From Burkholderiaceae bacterium (GTDB lineage Bacteria > Pseudomonadota > Gammaproteobacteria > Burkholderiales > Burkholderiaceae), in assembly GCA_947455485.1 (NCBI GenBank), contig CANGNV010000001.1, forward strand, positions 39,781-103,780: a stretch of 64,000 nt of DNA. Reading direction: 5' to 3'. A program made the translations under genes and the position numbers. Positions within the stretch are counted from its first letter, which is position 1; every line of letters begins with the position of its first letter. Under the pieces are notes generated by a model. The model was given only the letters and a program-made list of their open reading frames with translations, ran no database searches and was not told the DNA's origin. Of this stretch, positions 41,709 to 52,638 are shown in pieces.

Positions 41709-42239
41709 ATGAAGACACCGATTTCATTTTCCAATAAGACATATGCGCTTGATGGCGGGTCGCACTATCTTATTCGCCCTATCCAGCCGGATGATCGAGG
41801 GCGAATCATTGGCCTCTTTAATCACCTCTCGCCGGAAAGCCGCTACTTACGCTTTGCACATGCCATCTCTAAGTTACCGGATGATTTTCTGGATGACATC
41901 CTGCACTTAGACTATAAAAAAGAGATGGCCTTAGTTGCAGTCATTGCAAATCATTCAGGCACGGATGAGATTATTGGAATTGCACGTTACGTGACGCCAC
42001 CCAAAAAAAGTAGTTGTGAATTTTCTCTAAGCGTTAGTGATAGCCATGCTGCCCATGGTATTGGTACGCATCTAATGCTTGACCTCATTGCACATGCAAA
42101 AGAAAATGGATTACAAGAAATGTTAGGTTATGTCTTAAGTAAGAATTTCAAAATGCTGCACCTAGTTTCTGATCTGGGTTTTCAAATAACTAATCTCGAT
42201 GATGATCCCGACTTTAAAACTGTGAGTCTTCTTCTATGA
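41709..42239 (+). CDS. GNAT-family acetyltransferase (Pat-type GNAT domain)
   Basis: IRPIQPDD, LSPESRYLRF, GIARY and HGIGT motifs. Confidence 0.85.
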   Translation: MKTPISFSNKTYALDGGSHYLIRPIQPDDRGRIIGLFNHLSPESRYLRFAHAISKLPDDFLDDILHLDYKKEMALVAVIANHSGTDEIIGIARYVTPPKKSSCEFSLSVSDSHAAHGIGTHLMLDLIAHAKENGLQEMLGYVLSKNFKMLHLVSDLGFQITNLDDDPDFKTVSLLL

Positions 42240-42793
42240 AGCCAATAGCTATGAATACATCTAATCACATTCATTCCGAGTCATCTATATTGATCTTGAT
42301 CGATTTACAAGGGCGTCTAATGCCGGCAATAGATCAAGGTGAAGTGGTGCTAAATCAATGTATCCGCATAGCCAGGATTGCCCAACTACTCAATATTCCC
42401 ATTATCGGTACGGAGCAGAGCCCAAGGAGCCTGGGAAGCAATGTCGATTCCATCAAGCCTTTTTGTAGCACAACTATTCGCAAGGAGCATTTCAATGCCT
42501 GCGCTGATGGTCTTACTACAGCAATTCCCAGTAATCGCCAGCAATGCATTTTGATGGGTTGCGAAACCCACGTTTGCTTAATGCAAACAGCACTCAAACT
42601 CATTGATGAAGGCTACGATGTATCAATAGTGGTGGACGGAGTTGGATCACACAGAGCGCTCGATAAGCAAATCGCACTAGACCGACTGCAAACTGCCGGA
42701 GCCAGACTCATCACTGGAGAGATGCTGGGATTTGAGTGGCTCAAGAGTGCTCAAAATCCAGCCTTCAAAGAAGTTCTTGCTCTGCTCAAATAA
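42236..42793 (+). CDS. Isochorismatase-family hydrolase
   Basis: IDLQ, TEQSP..LG and GCETHVC..QT motifs. Confidence 0.88.
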   Translation: MKPIAMNTSNHIHSESSILILIDLQGRLMPAIDQGEVVLNQCIRIARIAQLLNIPIIGTEQSPRSLGSNVDSIKPFCSTTIRKEHFNACADGLTTAIPSNRQQCILMGCETHVCLMQTALKLIDEGYDVSIVVDGVGSHRALDKQIALDRLQTAGARLITGEMLGFEWLKSAQNPAFKEVLALLK

Positions 42794-42851
42794 TAGGACT
42801 GGGCTAGGGAGACTTTATTTGCTATTCTGCATCATCACTTAAAGGATTTAT

Positions 42852-43070
42852 ATGACAAACGACACTCAAACCCAAAACGACGAAGATTTTGACTATGGGT
42901 GCGAATGCGCCATGACACTCTTAAATGAGCCGACAGAAGATTGCTTGAATGATCTGATTGACGAGCTTGATGAAGATGGCATGATCGCAACCGAAGTTGT
43001 TTATGGCCTACTGGCAACCATCCTCATGAGCATTACTTCCGAAGATGAGGATGACGAGGAGGTTCAGTAA
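42852..43070 (+). CDS. Small acidic hypothetical protein
   Basis: AAGGA RBS, 72-aa ORF filling the gap between genes. Confidence 0.6.
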   Translation: MTNDTQTQNDEDFDYGCECAMTLLNEPTEDCLNDLIDELDEDGMIATEVVYGLLATILMSITSEDEDDEEVQ

Positions 43071-43075
43071 ACCAA

Positions 43076-43387
43076 CTAGCCCGAGACTTGATGCGCAAAT
43101 TGATCCATGGCACTTGCCATGGTGACGTCTAGCTCAGTCAACGCTTTCATCGAATGGGTACTCAAGCGTACCGATACCTTATTCCAAGAATTAGACCAAT
43201 CTGGGTGATGATCCAACTCTTCAGCAAAGTCTGCACAGAGCGTCATAAACTCAAAGGCATCTTTAAAGTCTTTAAACTCAAATACTCGAGTTAACTCTTG
43301 AGCGTGAAGGTTCGCTTGCCAATCGGGCAGTATTTTTTCAAAATCAAAATTGTTTGCAATGAGCTTTGGCTTAGGCACTCGGGGCAT
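43076..43387 (-). CDS. phhB: Pterin-4-alpha-carbinolamine dehydratase
   Basis: F.FKDF..AF.FM, DHHPDW, LSTH and LTELD motifs; start trimmed to MPRVP. Confidence 0.88.
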   Translation of the reverse strand: MPRVPKPKLIANNFDFEKILPDWQANLHAQELTRVFEFKDFKDAFEFMTLCADFAEELDHHPDWSNSWNKVSVRLSTHSMKALTELDVTMASAMDQFAHQVSG

Positions 43388-44105
43388 CCACGCTTTTAGA
43401 TAGCCTTTGTAAATCTTCTGGATATAACCAACGCCACTCGCCTTCAGCCAAATCCGCAGGCATGACATATTGTCCGATTTCAGTACGGTGCAGCTTAGCG
43501 ACATGATTGCCCACTGCAGCCATCATCCGCTTCACCTGATGGTAGCGGCCCTCAACGATAGTCATTGCCAATACATTCTCGCCAAGTTGCTTACATGCCG
43601 TGGCAAAACAAGGCTTTGGATCGTCATCCAGTACAACACCGTTGAGCAAGTGGTCGATCTGTTTTTGAGTGATAGGCTCAGGGGTGGTGATCTCGTATAC
43701 CTTGCCAATATTTTTCTTTGGCGTGGTCATCTTATGAATAAACTGACCATCATCTGAAATCAAAATCAAGCCAGTGGTATCAAAGTCTAAACGACCAACA
43801 CATTGCAATCCCCGTTCTACAAAAGGCTTAGGTAATAAGCTATAGACGCTTGGATGATGCGTAGTTTTGTGGGAACACTCATAGTTTGGAGGCTTGTTAA
43901 AAGCGATATAGGCTTTTTCATGAAACTCCCAATCCTTGCCTTCTACATTGAGCATTAAACCCTCTGTCGCAATGCGCTCCTCAGGATCTTCTGCCAACAC
44001 ACCATTAACCTTAACTAGGTCGGCATAGACTAAATCGCTGCAAAAGCGTCTTGTGCCAAATCCTTGGCTAAATAATATTTTTTCGAGAGAGATCGGTTTG
44101 GCCAT
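43371..44105 (-). CDS. rsuA: 16S rRNA pseudouridine(516) synthase family
   Basis: S4 domain; GRLDFDTTGL and EGRYHQVKRM motifs. Confidence 0.88.
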   Translation of the reverse strand: MAKPISLEKILFSQGFGTRRFCSDLVYADLVKVNGVLAEDPEERIATEGLMLNVEGKDWEFHEKAYIAFNKPPNYECSHKTTHHPSVYSLLPKPFVERGLQCVGRLDFDTTGLILISDDGQFIHKMTTPKKNIGKVYEITTPEPITQKQIDHLLNGVVLDDDPKPCFATACKQLGENVLAMTIVEGRYHQVKRMMAAVGNHVAKLHRTEIGQYVMPADLAEGEWRWLYPEDLQRLSKSVDAPSA

Positions 44106-44207
44106 ATGTTGCCGAGAATACTACAAAGCAGGCTGACTACGCGACTGTGAAATGAAGCCGTTATGATGGAGGCATACCGCCTCTTAGCTTCTTACTAACT
44201 TACTGCC

Positions 44208-44747
44208 ATGCTCTCTAGTCCAGCACCCAGAAATGCTCTCCATACCCGTGAAATTACCTTTCAGGGTTATGCCCGAGAAGATGGGCTGTGGGATATTGAA
44301 GCCCATTTACGAGATTTTAAATTTCACCCCTTCACTACCGGTGGAAAAACCTGGGAGCCGGGCCAGGCCTTTCACGATATGTGGGTTCGTATTACCGTGA
44401 ATACTGAATTAGTCATTCAAGCGATTGAGGTAGCAATGGATAGCCATCCGCACCCAGAATGCCCCCAAGTCATACCTCCAATGGATGCACTCATTGGAGC
44501 GCGCATTGGCAAAGGCTGGCGAAAAATTATCAATGAACATCTTGGCGGAATTAAGGGCTGCACGCACTTGCGAGAGCTACTGAGCAACATTGCCACAGCA
44601 GCCTTCCAGTCTATTCCCGGAGCGTTATTTGATCCGGATGACAACAAGCCACCACTCTATTTGGGAACCTGTAAATCCTGGGACTTTGACGGACCAGTAG
44701 TAATGCGCGTCTATCCCAAGTTTTACAAGTGGAAACCTACAGCCTAG
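44208..44747 (+). CDS. DUF2889-family protein
   Basis: H.R.I, REDGLWDIE, HDM, GCTHLRELL and C-terminal TC..W motifs. Confidence 0.75.
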   Translation: MLSSPAPRNALHTREITFQGYAREDGLWDIEAHLRDFKFHPFTTGGKTWEPGQAFHDMWVRITVNTELVIQAIEVAMDSHPHPECPQVIPPMDALIGARIGKGWRKIINEHLGGIKGCTHLRELLSNIATAAFQSIPGALFDPDDNKPPLYLGTCKSWDFDGPVVMRVYPKFYKWKPTA

Positions 44748-44753
44748 ATTTCC

Positions 44754-45524
44754 TTAAAACTCACCACGGTGAACATTAAAGCCGTTGAAGGCCTGCTGTA
44801 CCGGCATCAGTTCGACCAAATTAATATTCATATGGCTTGGTAAATTAGCTGACCAGTAAATTGCTTCCGCAACATCATCTGCGCTCAACGCTTTAACACC
44901 GGTATAGACCTTGTCCGCCTTATCGTCATCACCTTTAAAGCGCACATTGGAAAACTCGGTTCCAGAACACATGCCTGGTTCAACACAAGTAACGCGCACT
45001 GGTGTGCCAATTAAATCAGCCCTGAGGTTCAAGCTAAATTGCTGCACAAAGGCTTTAGTACCGCCGTAAACATTTCCACCTGGGTAGGGATAGTTTGCCG
45101 CTACAGAGCCTAGATTGATGACGTGACCACATTTACGCTCTACCATTCCGGGCAAAAAAGCGCGTGTCATATGAACTAGACCTTTGATGTTGGTATCAAT
45201 CATCTGATCCCAGTCCGAGAGGAACGCTTGATGTGCTGGTTCCAGACCTAAGGCCAATCCAGCGTTATTCACCAATACTGTTACCTTAGCAAATTCAGGC
45301 GGTAAGGTTGCAGCAAGGCCGTCGACCTTTGCACTGTCGCAAACATCCACAGCCAAGGTGAGTAATTTCTTCTGCTGATCTGCAGGAAGAGATGCCTTTA
45401 AAGCCTCCAAGCGCTCTGCCCTTCTGCCTACAGCAATCACTTTATGGCCATGCGCCAAAAATCGTCTAGCAGTTGCCTCTCCAAAGCCAGCTGTGGCGCC
45501 GGTTACTAAAACTGTATGTTCCAT
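44754..45524 (-). CDS. ydfG: SDR oxidoreductase, YdfG-like (NADP-dependent 3-hydroxy acid dehydrogenase)
   Basis: TGATAGFG, NNAGLALG, YGGTK and TEFSNVRF motifs. Confidence 0.82.
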   Translation of the reverse strand: MEHTVLVTGATAGFGEATARRFLAHGHKVIAVGRRAERLEALKASLPADQQKKLLTLAVDVCDSAKVDGLAATLPPEFAKVTVLVNNAGLALGLEPAHQAFLSDWDQMIDTNIKGLVHMTRAFLPGMVERKCGHVINLGSVAANYPYPGGNVYGGTKAFVQQFSLNLRADLIGTPVRVTCVEPGMCSGTEFSNVRFKGDDDKADKVYTGVKALSADDVAEAIYWSANLPSHMNINLVELMPVQQAFNGFNVHRGEF

Positions 45525-45576
45525 ATTTTTCTGCTTATCTTTTGTAATTGACTGAGTCATTTATATTAATGCTTAT

Positions 45577-46410
45577 ATGACATTGTTGCGGATTTTTGCT
45601 CACTTCCTGATTTCACTGATTCTGCTGGGGTTGACGGGAGTAGCCTTGGCCGATGAAAGCAAATTCTCAGGAGGATTTTTAAATCTAGAAAAATCATCTG
45701 ATCAGTACTCGAGCCAGCGGGTACTCGAATTTTGGGGGTATCACAATACCTTCGGAGAGCAAACTCAAAGCGATACCCTGAAGTTGCGCTATTACCAGCC
45801 CTTGGCATTTGATCAATGGCGCGGCACCATGCGACTAGATACTTCCTATGTTTCTGCTTATGGACCCAGCCTTCCACAGCAATCCTCTGGCACCTATAGT
45901 GCCGGCAACACAATGCTTACCATCTGGGGAAATCATCCTAGTATTCTAAAAAATTGGGAAGGTACTTTAGGGGGTCGAATTGTCTTTCCATTTGGCAATA
46001 ATGGGCAATGGGCGGCTGGACCTCAAATAGGCACGGTATATGTTCCTAGCGAAGGGAGTAACTCGCGCCTCTCAGACTTTTCACCACTCTTACGATACAT
46101 GTATGGTTTTGATACCAAGGGGAATTCATTTGCAAGCAATCCGAATCAACCGCCTTTAGTACGCAATCTGAATATTTTTCCGACATTAGGATTTAATATC
46201 CTTCCAAACACTCAAATTCGGTTTTGGGACGAAAATGGAATTGCGTGGAACACTGGCGGAGGTGGCGGCTGGTTTATCCCGATTGATGCCATGGTCACTC
46301 ATCGCCTAAATAAAAACTTCTTATTTGCGATAGGCGCTAGCAAGCAAGTGGTACAGAGTTATCCCGTTTACGACTGGTCTTTCTATGGGAAGCTCTCATT
46401 TAATTTCTAG
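45577..46410 (+). CDS. Hypothetical exported protein, probable outer-membrane beta-barrel
   Basis: Signal peptide, alternating aromatic/Gly strands, C-terminal KLSFNF. Confidence 0.65.
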   Translation: MTLLRIFAHFLISLILLGLTGVALADESKFSGGFLNLEKSSDQYSSQRVLEFWGYHNTFGEQTQSDTLKLRYYQPLAFDQWRGTMRLDTSYVSAYGPSLPQQSSGTYSAGNTMLTIWGNHPSILKNWEGTLGGRIVFPFGNNGQWAAGPQIGTVYVPSEGSNSRLSDFSPLLRYMYGFDTKGNSFASNPNQPPLVRNLNIFPTLGFNILPNTQIRFWDENGIAWNTGGGGGWFIPIDAMVTHRLNKNFLFAIGASKQVVQSYPVYDWSFYGKLSFNF

Positions 46411-46419
46411 CTAAAAAAA

Positions 46420-47358
46420 TTAATCCAGATTGACTAGGTGATCTTGCTCGATCACCGCTGCTTTTGACTTCACTAAAGCCTGGACCAACCAGTCTTGAAA
46501 TTCCTCAGCACCCAGGTTCATTTGCTGCCGGATGCTTTGCAATGATGGCGTGCCTGAAATCCACTGATTGACCTTTCCCATCTCTTGTCTGCGCCACTCC
46601 AATAACTTGTACTTGAGGAGCACCTTAGCCCCATGACGCGCATTACGGTCGGAATCAGTCGAGAGATAGTCAAGGCGAGATTTAGCAGTCTCAATCGACT
46701 TCTTTACCTCGGTAAAAGGTTTGCCATGCCCCGGGATAACCAAGGCAACCGAGAGCCCTTCAATTAGTTCCAGGGTTTGTGCCACCTCTTCAAATCCACC
46801 CTCACCCCAGAGCTCAGGGAAGATAACTCCAAAGCCCTCCTCCCATAGTGCATCGGCAGAGATTAAGATTTGATGTTGCTCTTGGTAGAACATAATTGAG
46901 TGGTTGTCATGGCCGGGAGCCGCAAGAATTTGCCAGCGATAAGGGCCCAAGATAATTTCTTCGCCAGGTACCAAAAGATCGTGATGAGTAAAGCGTGGGC
47001 ACTCCTGCCCTAACTGCTGAAAACTCAGTAAATTCTCATCCCAACCCTTCACAGCTATTGCCTCTGCTTCTGGTATCCAGATATCACAACCAAATTCTTT
47101 TGATAGAGCTGCATTGCCACCACAATGATCTGAGTGCAAATGGGTGTTGACCACCTTATTGAGTTTTTTTAAGTCATGCCGTTTGAGCGCATTGGAGACT
47201 AAATCAACAGTCATCTGCTGATGAGCACAGTACCCAGTGTCGACTAAGGAAACATCATGCTCGTCGAAAAGAAAAATATTGTTTGCTGATAACCATCCAC
47301 GCTCAAAGATGTCGATTCCAGGTGGAAGCAAGTAATTGCCGATTCGCTTTTCAGACAC
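46420..47358 (-). CDS. MBL-fold metallo-hydrolase
   Basis: THLHSDHCGG, PGHD, DALW and IPGHG motifs; GTG start just after the lipocalin stop. Confidence 0.87.
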   Translation of the reverse strand: MSEKRIGNYLLPPGIDIFERGWLSANNIFLFDEHDVSLVDTGYCAHQQMTVDLVSNALKRHDLKKLNKVVNTHLHSDHCGGNAALSKEFGCDIWIPEAEAIAVKGWDENLLSFQQLGQECPRFTHHDLLVPGEEIILGPYRWQILAAPGHDNHSIMFYQEQHQILISADALWEEGFGVIFPELWGEGGFEEVAQTLELIEGLSVALVIPGHGKPFTEVKKSIETAKSRLDYLSTDSDRNARHGAKVLLKYKLLEWRRQEMGKVNQWISGTPSLQSIRQQMNLGAEEFQDWLVQALVKSKAAVIEQDHLVNLD

Positions 47359-47359
47359 G

Positions 47360-47935
47360 TTAATTTTTCTGGGAAGTGAGCTCAAGTTTTTGAATATCGA
47401 ATTGTTGCAGCTTCAAGCGCTGCAATAAGTCGGCATACACCTTGGGATCGAGTTGAGGTGTTCTTGATAAAACCCAAAGATACTCTCTTCTCGGATCGCT
47501 TACTGCTGCCACCTGATATTGCGGATCCAAATCAATCACCCAGTAATCACCCCAGACCAAAGGTAGAAATGAAAGCCATTCGGGAGCAAAACGCACTTCC
47601 AGTTTTGGGGAATCTTTGGCGCCAATTTGACGAGCCAAACCCTCTGCTTCGGAAATCTCTCCGCCGGCAGTTTTGCAGCTATTGAGCACTTGAAGATTGC
47701 CATCGGGCTTAGCGGTATATATGGCTTTGGTATTCGAGGCGCATTTTTTCTGAAACCAGTTTGGAAACTTCGCAATCTCGTACCAAGTACCCAAGTAGCG
47801 AGGGACATCTAAAGAGGCTACAGTTTTCACTGGATGGTCGCCTTGTTGCGCCATCGCTTGGGAACATCCAAGACCAATCAGCAGCATGCCCAATATAGAG
47901 ACAATTGAAACGCGAGGATGTGATAGCAGAGTCAT
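47360..47935 (-). CDS. blc: Bacterial lipocalin
   Basis: RYLGTWYEIA, YWVI and YLWVLSRTP motifs. Confidence 0.88.
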   Translation of the reverse strand: MTLLSHPRVSIVSILGMLLIGLGCSQAMAQQGDHPVKTVASLDVPRYLGTWYEIAKFPNWFQKKCASNTKAIYTAKPDGNLQVLNSCKTAGGEISEAEGLARQIGAKDSPKLEVRFAPEWLSFLPLVWGDYWVIDLDPQYQVAAVSDPRREYLWVLSRTPQLDPKVYADLLQRLKLQQFDIQKLELTSQKN

Positions 47936-47948
47936 AGGATAGGTAAAG

Positions 47949-48563
47949 TTATGTAATGAATCGCTTGCCCAGGAGCTTGCGGATATAAGGAATCCTACAA
48001 CATAACAGCGATAGCAAAACAACTGCATAGATTGTGACAGTATCGAGATCGTTCTTACCCGCCTTGTGCCACCAATAATGCAGAATCACGGTACAAGCAA
48101 TGAGATAAATCAAACGATGTAATTGCGCCCAACGACGTCCCAGCTTTCTTTGGGCCCAATGAGTGGAGGTAAGTGCCAATGGCATTAGCAAGACAAAGCT
48201 CATAAATCCCATGGTGATAAATGGCCTCTTCACCACATCCCTGAGCATTTCCACTAAATCAAAATCTTGATCTAGCCAAAGCCAAACTCCAAAGTGCAAG
48301 CAGGCATAGAAAAAACTAAAAAGGCCCAACATTCTGCGATACCGAATCCACACTACTGAATTCATAATCAAGCGCAATGGGGTCATCGCTAGCGTCAAGC
48401 ATAAGAAGACCAACGCCCATGTTCCCGTAGAGCGCGTAATGAACTCAATCGGATTGGCGCCTAATGCATCACTAATGCCTAAGTAAATTAAACGATCTAG
48501 CGGAAGGAGCGCCACTAGGAAGACTAATAACCTCATCAAAATGTACTTGTCACTCAAGATCAA
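47949..48563 (-). CDS. msrQ: Methionine sulfoxide reductase heme-binding membrane subunit
   Basis: TG.WAL, RRMLGL, LALTS and W..LHRLIY motifs; follows msrP. Confidence 0.92.
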   Translation of the reverse strand: MILSDKYILMRLLVFLVALLPLDRLIYLGISDALGANPIEFITRSTGTWALVFLCLTLAMTPLRLIMNSVVWIRYRRMLGLFSFFYACLHFGVWLWLDQDFDLVEMLRDVVKRPFITMGFMSFVLLMPLALTSTHWAQRKLGRRWAQLHRLIYLIACTVILHYWWHKAGKNDLDTVTIYAVVLLSLLCCRIPYIRKLLGKRFIT

Positions 48564-49522
48564 TAGAATTTCTTCAGGTCCATTCCGGAATACATGCTGG
48601 CCACTTGATCGCCATATCCATTAAACATCTGGGTTTTGATTTTGGGAGCAAAGACACCTTTTGGATCACCAATACGCCGCTCGGTCGCCTGACTCCAGCG
48701 CGGATGATCTACCAAGGGATTGACGTTGGAATAAAAACCATACTCACGAGGAGCAGACCTACCCCAGCTAGTCTTTGGCATCTCTTCTATCAAACGAATT
48801 TTGACAATTGATTTTGCACTCTTAAAACCATACTTCCAAGGCACCACAATGCGAACTGGTGCGCCGTTTTGCTTTGGTAGCACTTCACCATAAAGGCCAA
48901 ATGTCAGCAGAGTTAGTGGATTCATTGCCTCATCTAGGCGCAAGCCCTCCTGATAGGGCCAATCAATCACATTGTCTTTTACCCCAGGCATTTGTTTTTT
49001 ATCTGCTAAAGAAATAAATTCCACATATTTTGCCGAGCCCAGTGGTTGCACCTGATTTAGCAATTTAGATAAAGAGTAGCCATCCCATGGAATGACCATG
49101 GACCAACCTTCCACACAGCGCATGCGATAGATGCGCTCTTCCATGGGCGCCAGCTTGAGCAATGCATCAATATCTAAGGTCACTGGCTTTTTAACTAGAC
49201 CCTCTATAGTGACGGTCCATGGACGGGTTTGCAGACTATCGGCATAAGCAGCTGGATCCGATTTATCCATTCCAAACTCATAAAAATTGTTATATGTGGT
49301 GACATACTTATAACTGGTGGGATCATCCTTTGCCATAAAGCTAGGGTTTGGGGTTGCACTCAATTTCTGCGGACTTGCCGCAAAGGCTTCTCGCGAAAAC
49401 CAAGGCGCCAGCGCCATACCAAAAGCCCCGGCAGCAGCACTTTTAATTAACTCGCGACGCCCCTCAAAAACTGCCTTGGGGGTAATTTCTTGGGAAAGTT
49501 GCTTTGGATTATTTGTATACAT
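48560..49522 (-). CDS. msrP: Periplasmic protein-methionine-sulfoxide reductase, Mo subunit
   Basis: Tat motif GRRELIK; [16 protein letters not shown] and PWKYGFKS motifs. Confidence 0.95.
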   Translation of the reverse strand: MYTNNPKQLSQEITPKAVFEGRRELIKSAAAGAFGMALAPWFSREAFAASPQKLSATPNPSFMAKDDPTSYKYVTTYNNFYEFGMDKSDPAAYADSLQTRPWTVTIEGLVKKPVTLDIDALLKLAPMEERIYRMRCVEGWSMVIPWDGYSLSKLLNQVQPLGSAKYVEFISLADKKQMPGVKDNVIDWPYQEGLRLDEAMNPLTLLTFGLYGEVLPKQNGAPVRIVVPWKYGFKSAKSIVKIRLIEEMPKTSWGRSAPREYGFYSNVNPLVDHPRWSQATERRIGDPKGVFAPKIKTQMFNGYGDQVASMYSGMDLKKFY

Positions 49523-49687
49523 ATCAGTATCTCTTGAGTGGATTTCAGACTGCATGATGAATTTGATCATTCTCCTACGCTTAAGGATTTATTGCTGAAC
49601 CCTTCTTCAGAGAGTAGGGTTAAATCCGATACCCCCATTCAAGAGAAACAGGTCAAATCAGGGTTTCACCCCCTTTATGAGACCACT

Positions 49688-50335
49688 ATGGCTTGGATTC
49701 TGTGTGCAACTGCCATTTTCTTATTAGGCATATATAAAAGCCGTCGCGGCGTCCTGCTGCAACCGCGCCTCAGAAATATCTTCATCTCCTGCATCCTGTT
49801 GTTAGCGCTTGCCTGGAATGTACGCGCCCACCTTCCCAATAGCAATATCGATAACTTGATCGATCTCTCTTTTCACTTTTTTGGGGCTTCACTGCTAGTT
49901 GCCTTATTCGGATTTTGGAGCGCCATCACCCTACTGTTTATCGTTGCATTAATTGGGGTGTTTGGTATTAGCGGAGATTTAGTGGAAGCCTCGAGGCACT
50001 ACCTATTAGTCAGTGTCATTCCAGCGCTCATAGCCTGCGGCGTTATGAAAGCAGTTCAGCGATTCCTGCCCAAGCACTTATTTGTTCTGATTTTAGGTAA
50101 TGGCTACTTGGCCGCCTTCATCAGCACCTTTGTAACCGGTTTACTGATTTACGGATTGCAACAGTATTTTCAAATAAGCTCATTTGGAACCAGTGATCCC
50201 TTAGGCTGGTTTTTAGGATTGCTTGTCCTCTCCTTTATGGAGGGATCACTTTCAGGAATGCTGTTAGCTATCCTGCTTGTATATAGACCGCAATGGGTCA
50301 GCACCTACCAAGAAGAGCAATATATGAGTGCTTAA
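49688..50335 (+). CDS. ECF-type/CbiM-like membrane protein (solitary S component)
   Basis: Hydrophobic protein with FHFFGA, HLFV.ILG.GY, EG.LSG and VYRPQWV motifs; start trimmed to MAWIL. Confidence 0.7.
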   Translation: MAWILCATAIFLLGIYKSRRGVLLQPRLRNIFISCILLLALAWNVRAHLPNSNIDNLIDLSFHFFGASLLVALFGFWSAITLLFIVALIGVFGISGDLVEASRHYLLVSVIPALIACGVMKAVQRFLPKHLFVLILGNGYLAAFISTFVTGLLIYGLQQYFQISSFGTSDPLGWFLGLLVLSFMEGSLSGMLLAILLVYRPQWVSTYQEEQYMSA

Positions 50336-50355
50336 GTAATTCTGCGGTACATAAG

Positions 50356-50387
50356 AAAAAAGGCAAACCGTTTGGTTTGCCTTTTTT
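50356..50387. terminator. Bidirectional intrinsic terminator
   Basis: AAAAAAGGCAAACC-GTTT-GGTTTGCCTTTTTT between convergent genes. Confidence 0.85.
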
Positions 50388-50403
50388 GTGAAGCTAACTC
50401 AGC

Positions 50404-52638
50404 TTATGCTGCTGCTTTTTTCAAGATGTCATTGAGTGTGGTGCTTGGGCACATCACTGCTTTGAACTTGGCTTGATCAGGCATAAAGTAACCTCCAATA
50501 TCAGCTGGCTTACCTTGTACTGCCTTGAACTCAGCAACAATCTTTTGTTCGTTCTCAGTCAAAGCTTTTGCAATCGGAGCAAAGTGGGCTTGCAGCTCTT
50601 TGTCTTCGGTTTGCGCAGCTAGGGCTTGAGCCCAGTACATTGCTAAGTAAAACTGGCTACCGCGGTTATCTAACTCGCCAGTACGTGGTGATGGTGATTT
50701 ATTGTTATCCAATAATGTGCCAGTCGCCTCATCCAAAGTGCGAGCCAAGATTTTCACTTTTGGATTATTGGTTTTATCACCGATATCTTCCAATGAAACT
50801 GCCAAGGCCAAGAACTCACCTAAAGAGTCCCAACGTAAATGGTTCTCTTCAACCAATTGTTGAACATGCTTAGGAGCAGAGCCGCCTGCACCAGTTTCGA
50901 AGAGGCCGCCACCTGCCATTAAAGGCACGATAGACAACATCTTGGCGCTGGTACCGAGTTCCATAATTGGGAACAAGTCAGTGAGGTAGTCACGCAAAAT
51001 ATTACCTGTCACAGAGATCGTATCTTTACCGCGGATGATGCGCTCTAATGTGAAGCGCATTGCACGAGTCTGAGACATGATCTGAATATCTACACCAGTT
51101 AAGTCATGGTCTTTCAAATAGGTTTGAACCTTCTTGATCAACTCAGCTTCATGCGGACGGTACTCATCCAACCAGAACACTGCCGGAGTGCCAGATAAAC
51201 GCGCGCGGTTTACTGCCAACTTAACCCAGTCACGAATTGGCGCATCTTTAACTTGGCACATACGCCAGATATCACCTTCTTCGACATTCTGCTCAAGCAA
51301 TACTGTGCCGTCATCCGCAACAATGCGGGCTACACCAGCTTCAGGGATCTCAAAAGTCTTGTCATGTGAGCCGTACTCTTCTGCCTGCTGAGCCATCAAG
51401 CCCACGTTTGGTACAGAACCCATTGTTTTTGGATCGAAGTTACCGTGAGTCTTACAGAAGTTAATCATCTCTTGGTAGATACGGGCAAAAGTACTTTCCG
51501 GAATAACTGCCTTGGTGTCATGCAGACGACCATCAGCACCCCACATCTTGCCGCCAACACGAATCATCGCTGGCATAGATGCATCCACAATCACATCGCT
51601 TGGTGAATGGAGGTTGGTAATACCTTTGGCAGAATCCACCATCGCCAATGCAGGACGGTGCTCATGGCAAGCGTGCAAATCTTGAATGATTTCTTCGCGT
51701 TTAGATTCTGGCAAAGTTTTGATCTTGTCATACAAACTGCTCATACCGTTGTTTGGATTAACACCCAACTCTTCAAACAGCTTGGCATGCTTTTCAAAAG
51801 CATCTTTGTAGAAAATCTTTACAGCGTGACCGAACACGATTGGGTGTGACACCTTCATCATGGTTGCCTTCACGTGCAAGGACAACATCATGCCAGTCTT
51901 GTAAGCATCTTCGATTTCTTTTTCGTAGAACTCGCAGAGCGCTTTTTTGCTCATATACATGCTGTCAATAATTTCACCAGCAAGCAAAGAGATCTTTGAC
52001 TTAAGAACAATTGTCTTACCGCTCTTCGTTACCAAATCCATCTTCACATCGCATGCCTTAGTCATAGTCATTGACTTCTCACCTGCGTAGAAGTCGCCAC
52101 CATGCATGTGGGATACGTGCGTACGGGAAGCTTGGCTCCACTCACCCATCGAGTGCGGGTTCTTGCGGGCATAGCGCTTAACAGCATTTGGTGCGCGGCG
52201 ATCTGAGTTACCTTCGCGCAATACTGGGTTTACTGCACTACCCAAGCATTTGGAATAACGGGTGCGGATTGATTTTTCAGCATCGTCCTTAGGATCATCT
52301 GGGAAATCAGGAATCTTGTAACCCTTAGATTGCAATTCTTTAATGGCGGCGAGTAACTGTGGAACTGAAGCACTGATATTAGGCAGCTTAATAATGTTGG
52401 TATCAGGCAATAAAGTCATGCGGCCAAGTTCAGCCAAATTATCGGGAACCTTCTGCTCAGCAGTTAAGCAATCAGAGAACTCTGACAAGATACGTGCCGC
52501 AACAGAAATGTCGCTTTCTACAACCTGCACTCCAGCTGGCGCTGTAAAAGTACGAATGATTGGTAAAAATGCACAGGTCGCCAATAAGGGCGCTTCGTCT
52601 GTCAGCGTATAAATGATCTTTGATTTCTCTGAAGCCAT
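50404..52638 (-). CDS. icd: Monomeric NADP-dependent isocitrate dehydrogenase
   Basis: 744 aa; [29 protein letters not shown] and [11 protein letters not shown] motifs. Confidence 0.96.
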   Translation of the reverse strand: MASEKSKIIYTLTDEAPLLATCAFLPIIRTFTAPAGVQVVESDISVAARILSEFSDCLTAEQKVPDNLAELGRMTLLPDTNIIKLPNISASVPQLLAAIKELQSKGYKIPDFPDDPKDDAEKSIRTRYSKCLGSAVNPVLREGNSDRRAPNAVKRYARKNPHSMGEWSQASRTHVSHMHGGDFYAGEKSMTMTKACDVKMDLVTKSGKTIVLKSKISLLAGEIIDSMYMSKKALCEFYEKEIEDAYKTGMMLSLHVKATMMKVSHPIVFGHAVKIFYKDAFEKHAKLFEELGVNPNNGMSSLYDKIKTLPESKREEIIQDLHACHEHRPALAMVDSAKGITNLHSPSDVIVDASMPAMIRVGGKMWGADGRLHDTKAVIPESTFARIYQEMINFCKTHGNFDPKTMGSVPNVGLMAQQAEEYGSHDKTFEIPEAGVARIVADDGTVLLEQNVEEGDIWRMCQVKDAPIRDWVKLAVNRARLSGTPAVFWLDEYRPHEAELIKKVQTYLKDHDLTGVDIQIMSQTRAMRFTLERIIRGKDTISVTGNILRDYLTDLFPIMELGTSAKMLSIVPLMAGGGLFETGAGGSAPKHVQQLVEENHLRWDSLGEFLALAVSLEDIGDKTNNPKVKILARTLDEATGTLLDNNKSPSPRTGELDNRGSQFYLAMYWAQALAAQTEDKELQAHFAPIAKALTENEQKIVAEFKAVQGKPADIGGYFMPDQAKFKAVMCPSTTLNDILKKAAA

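Noticed and set aside
49523-49687. Cobalamin or other riboswitch before the ECF-like gene
   Set aside because: No B12 box or other aptamer consensus was recognisable.
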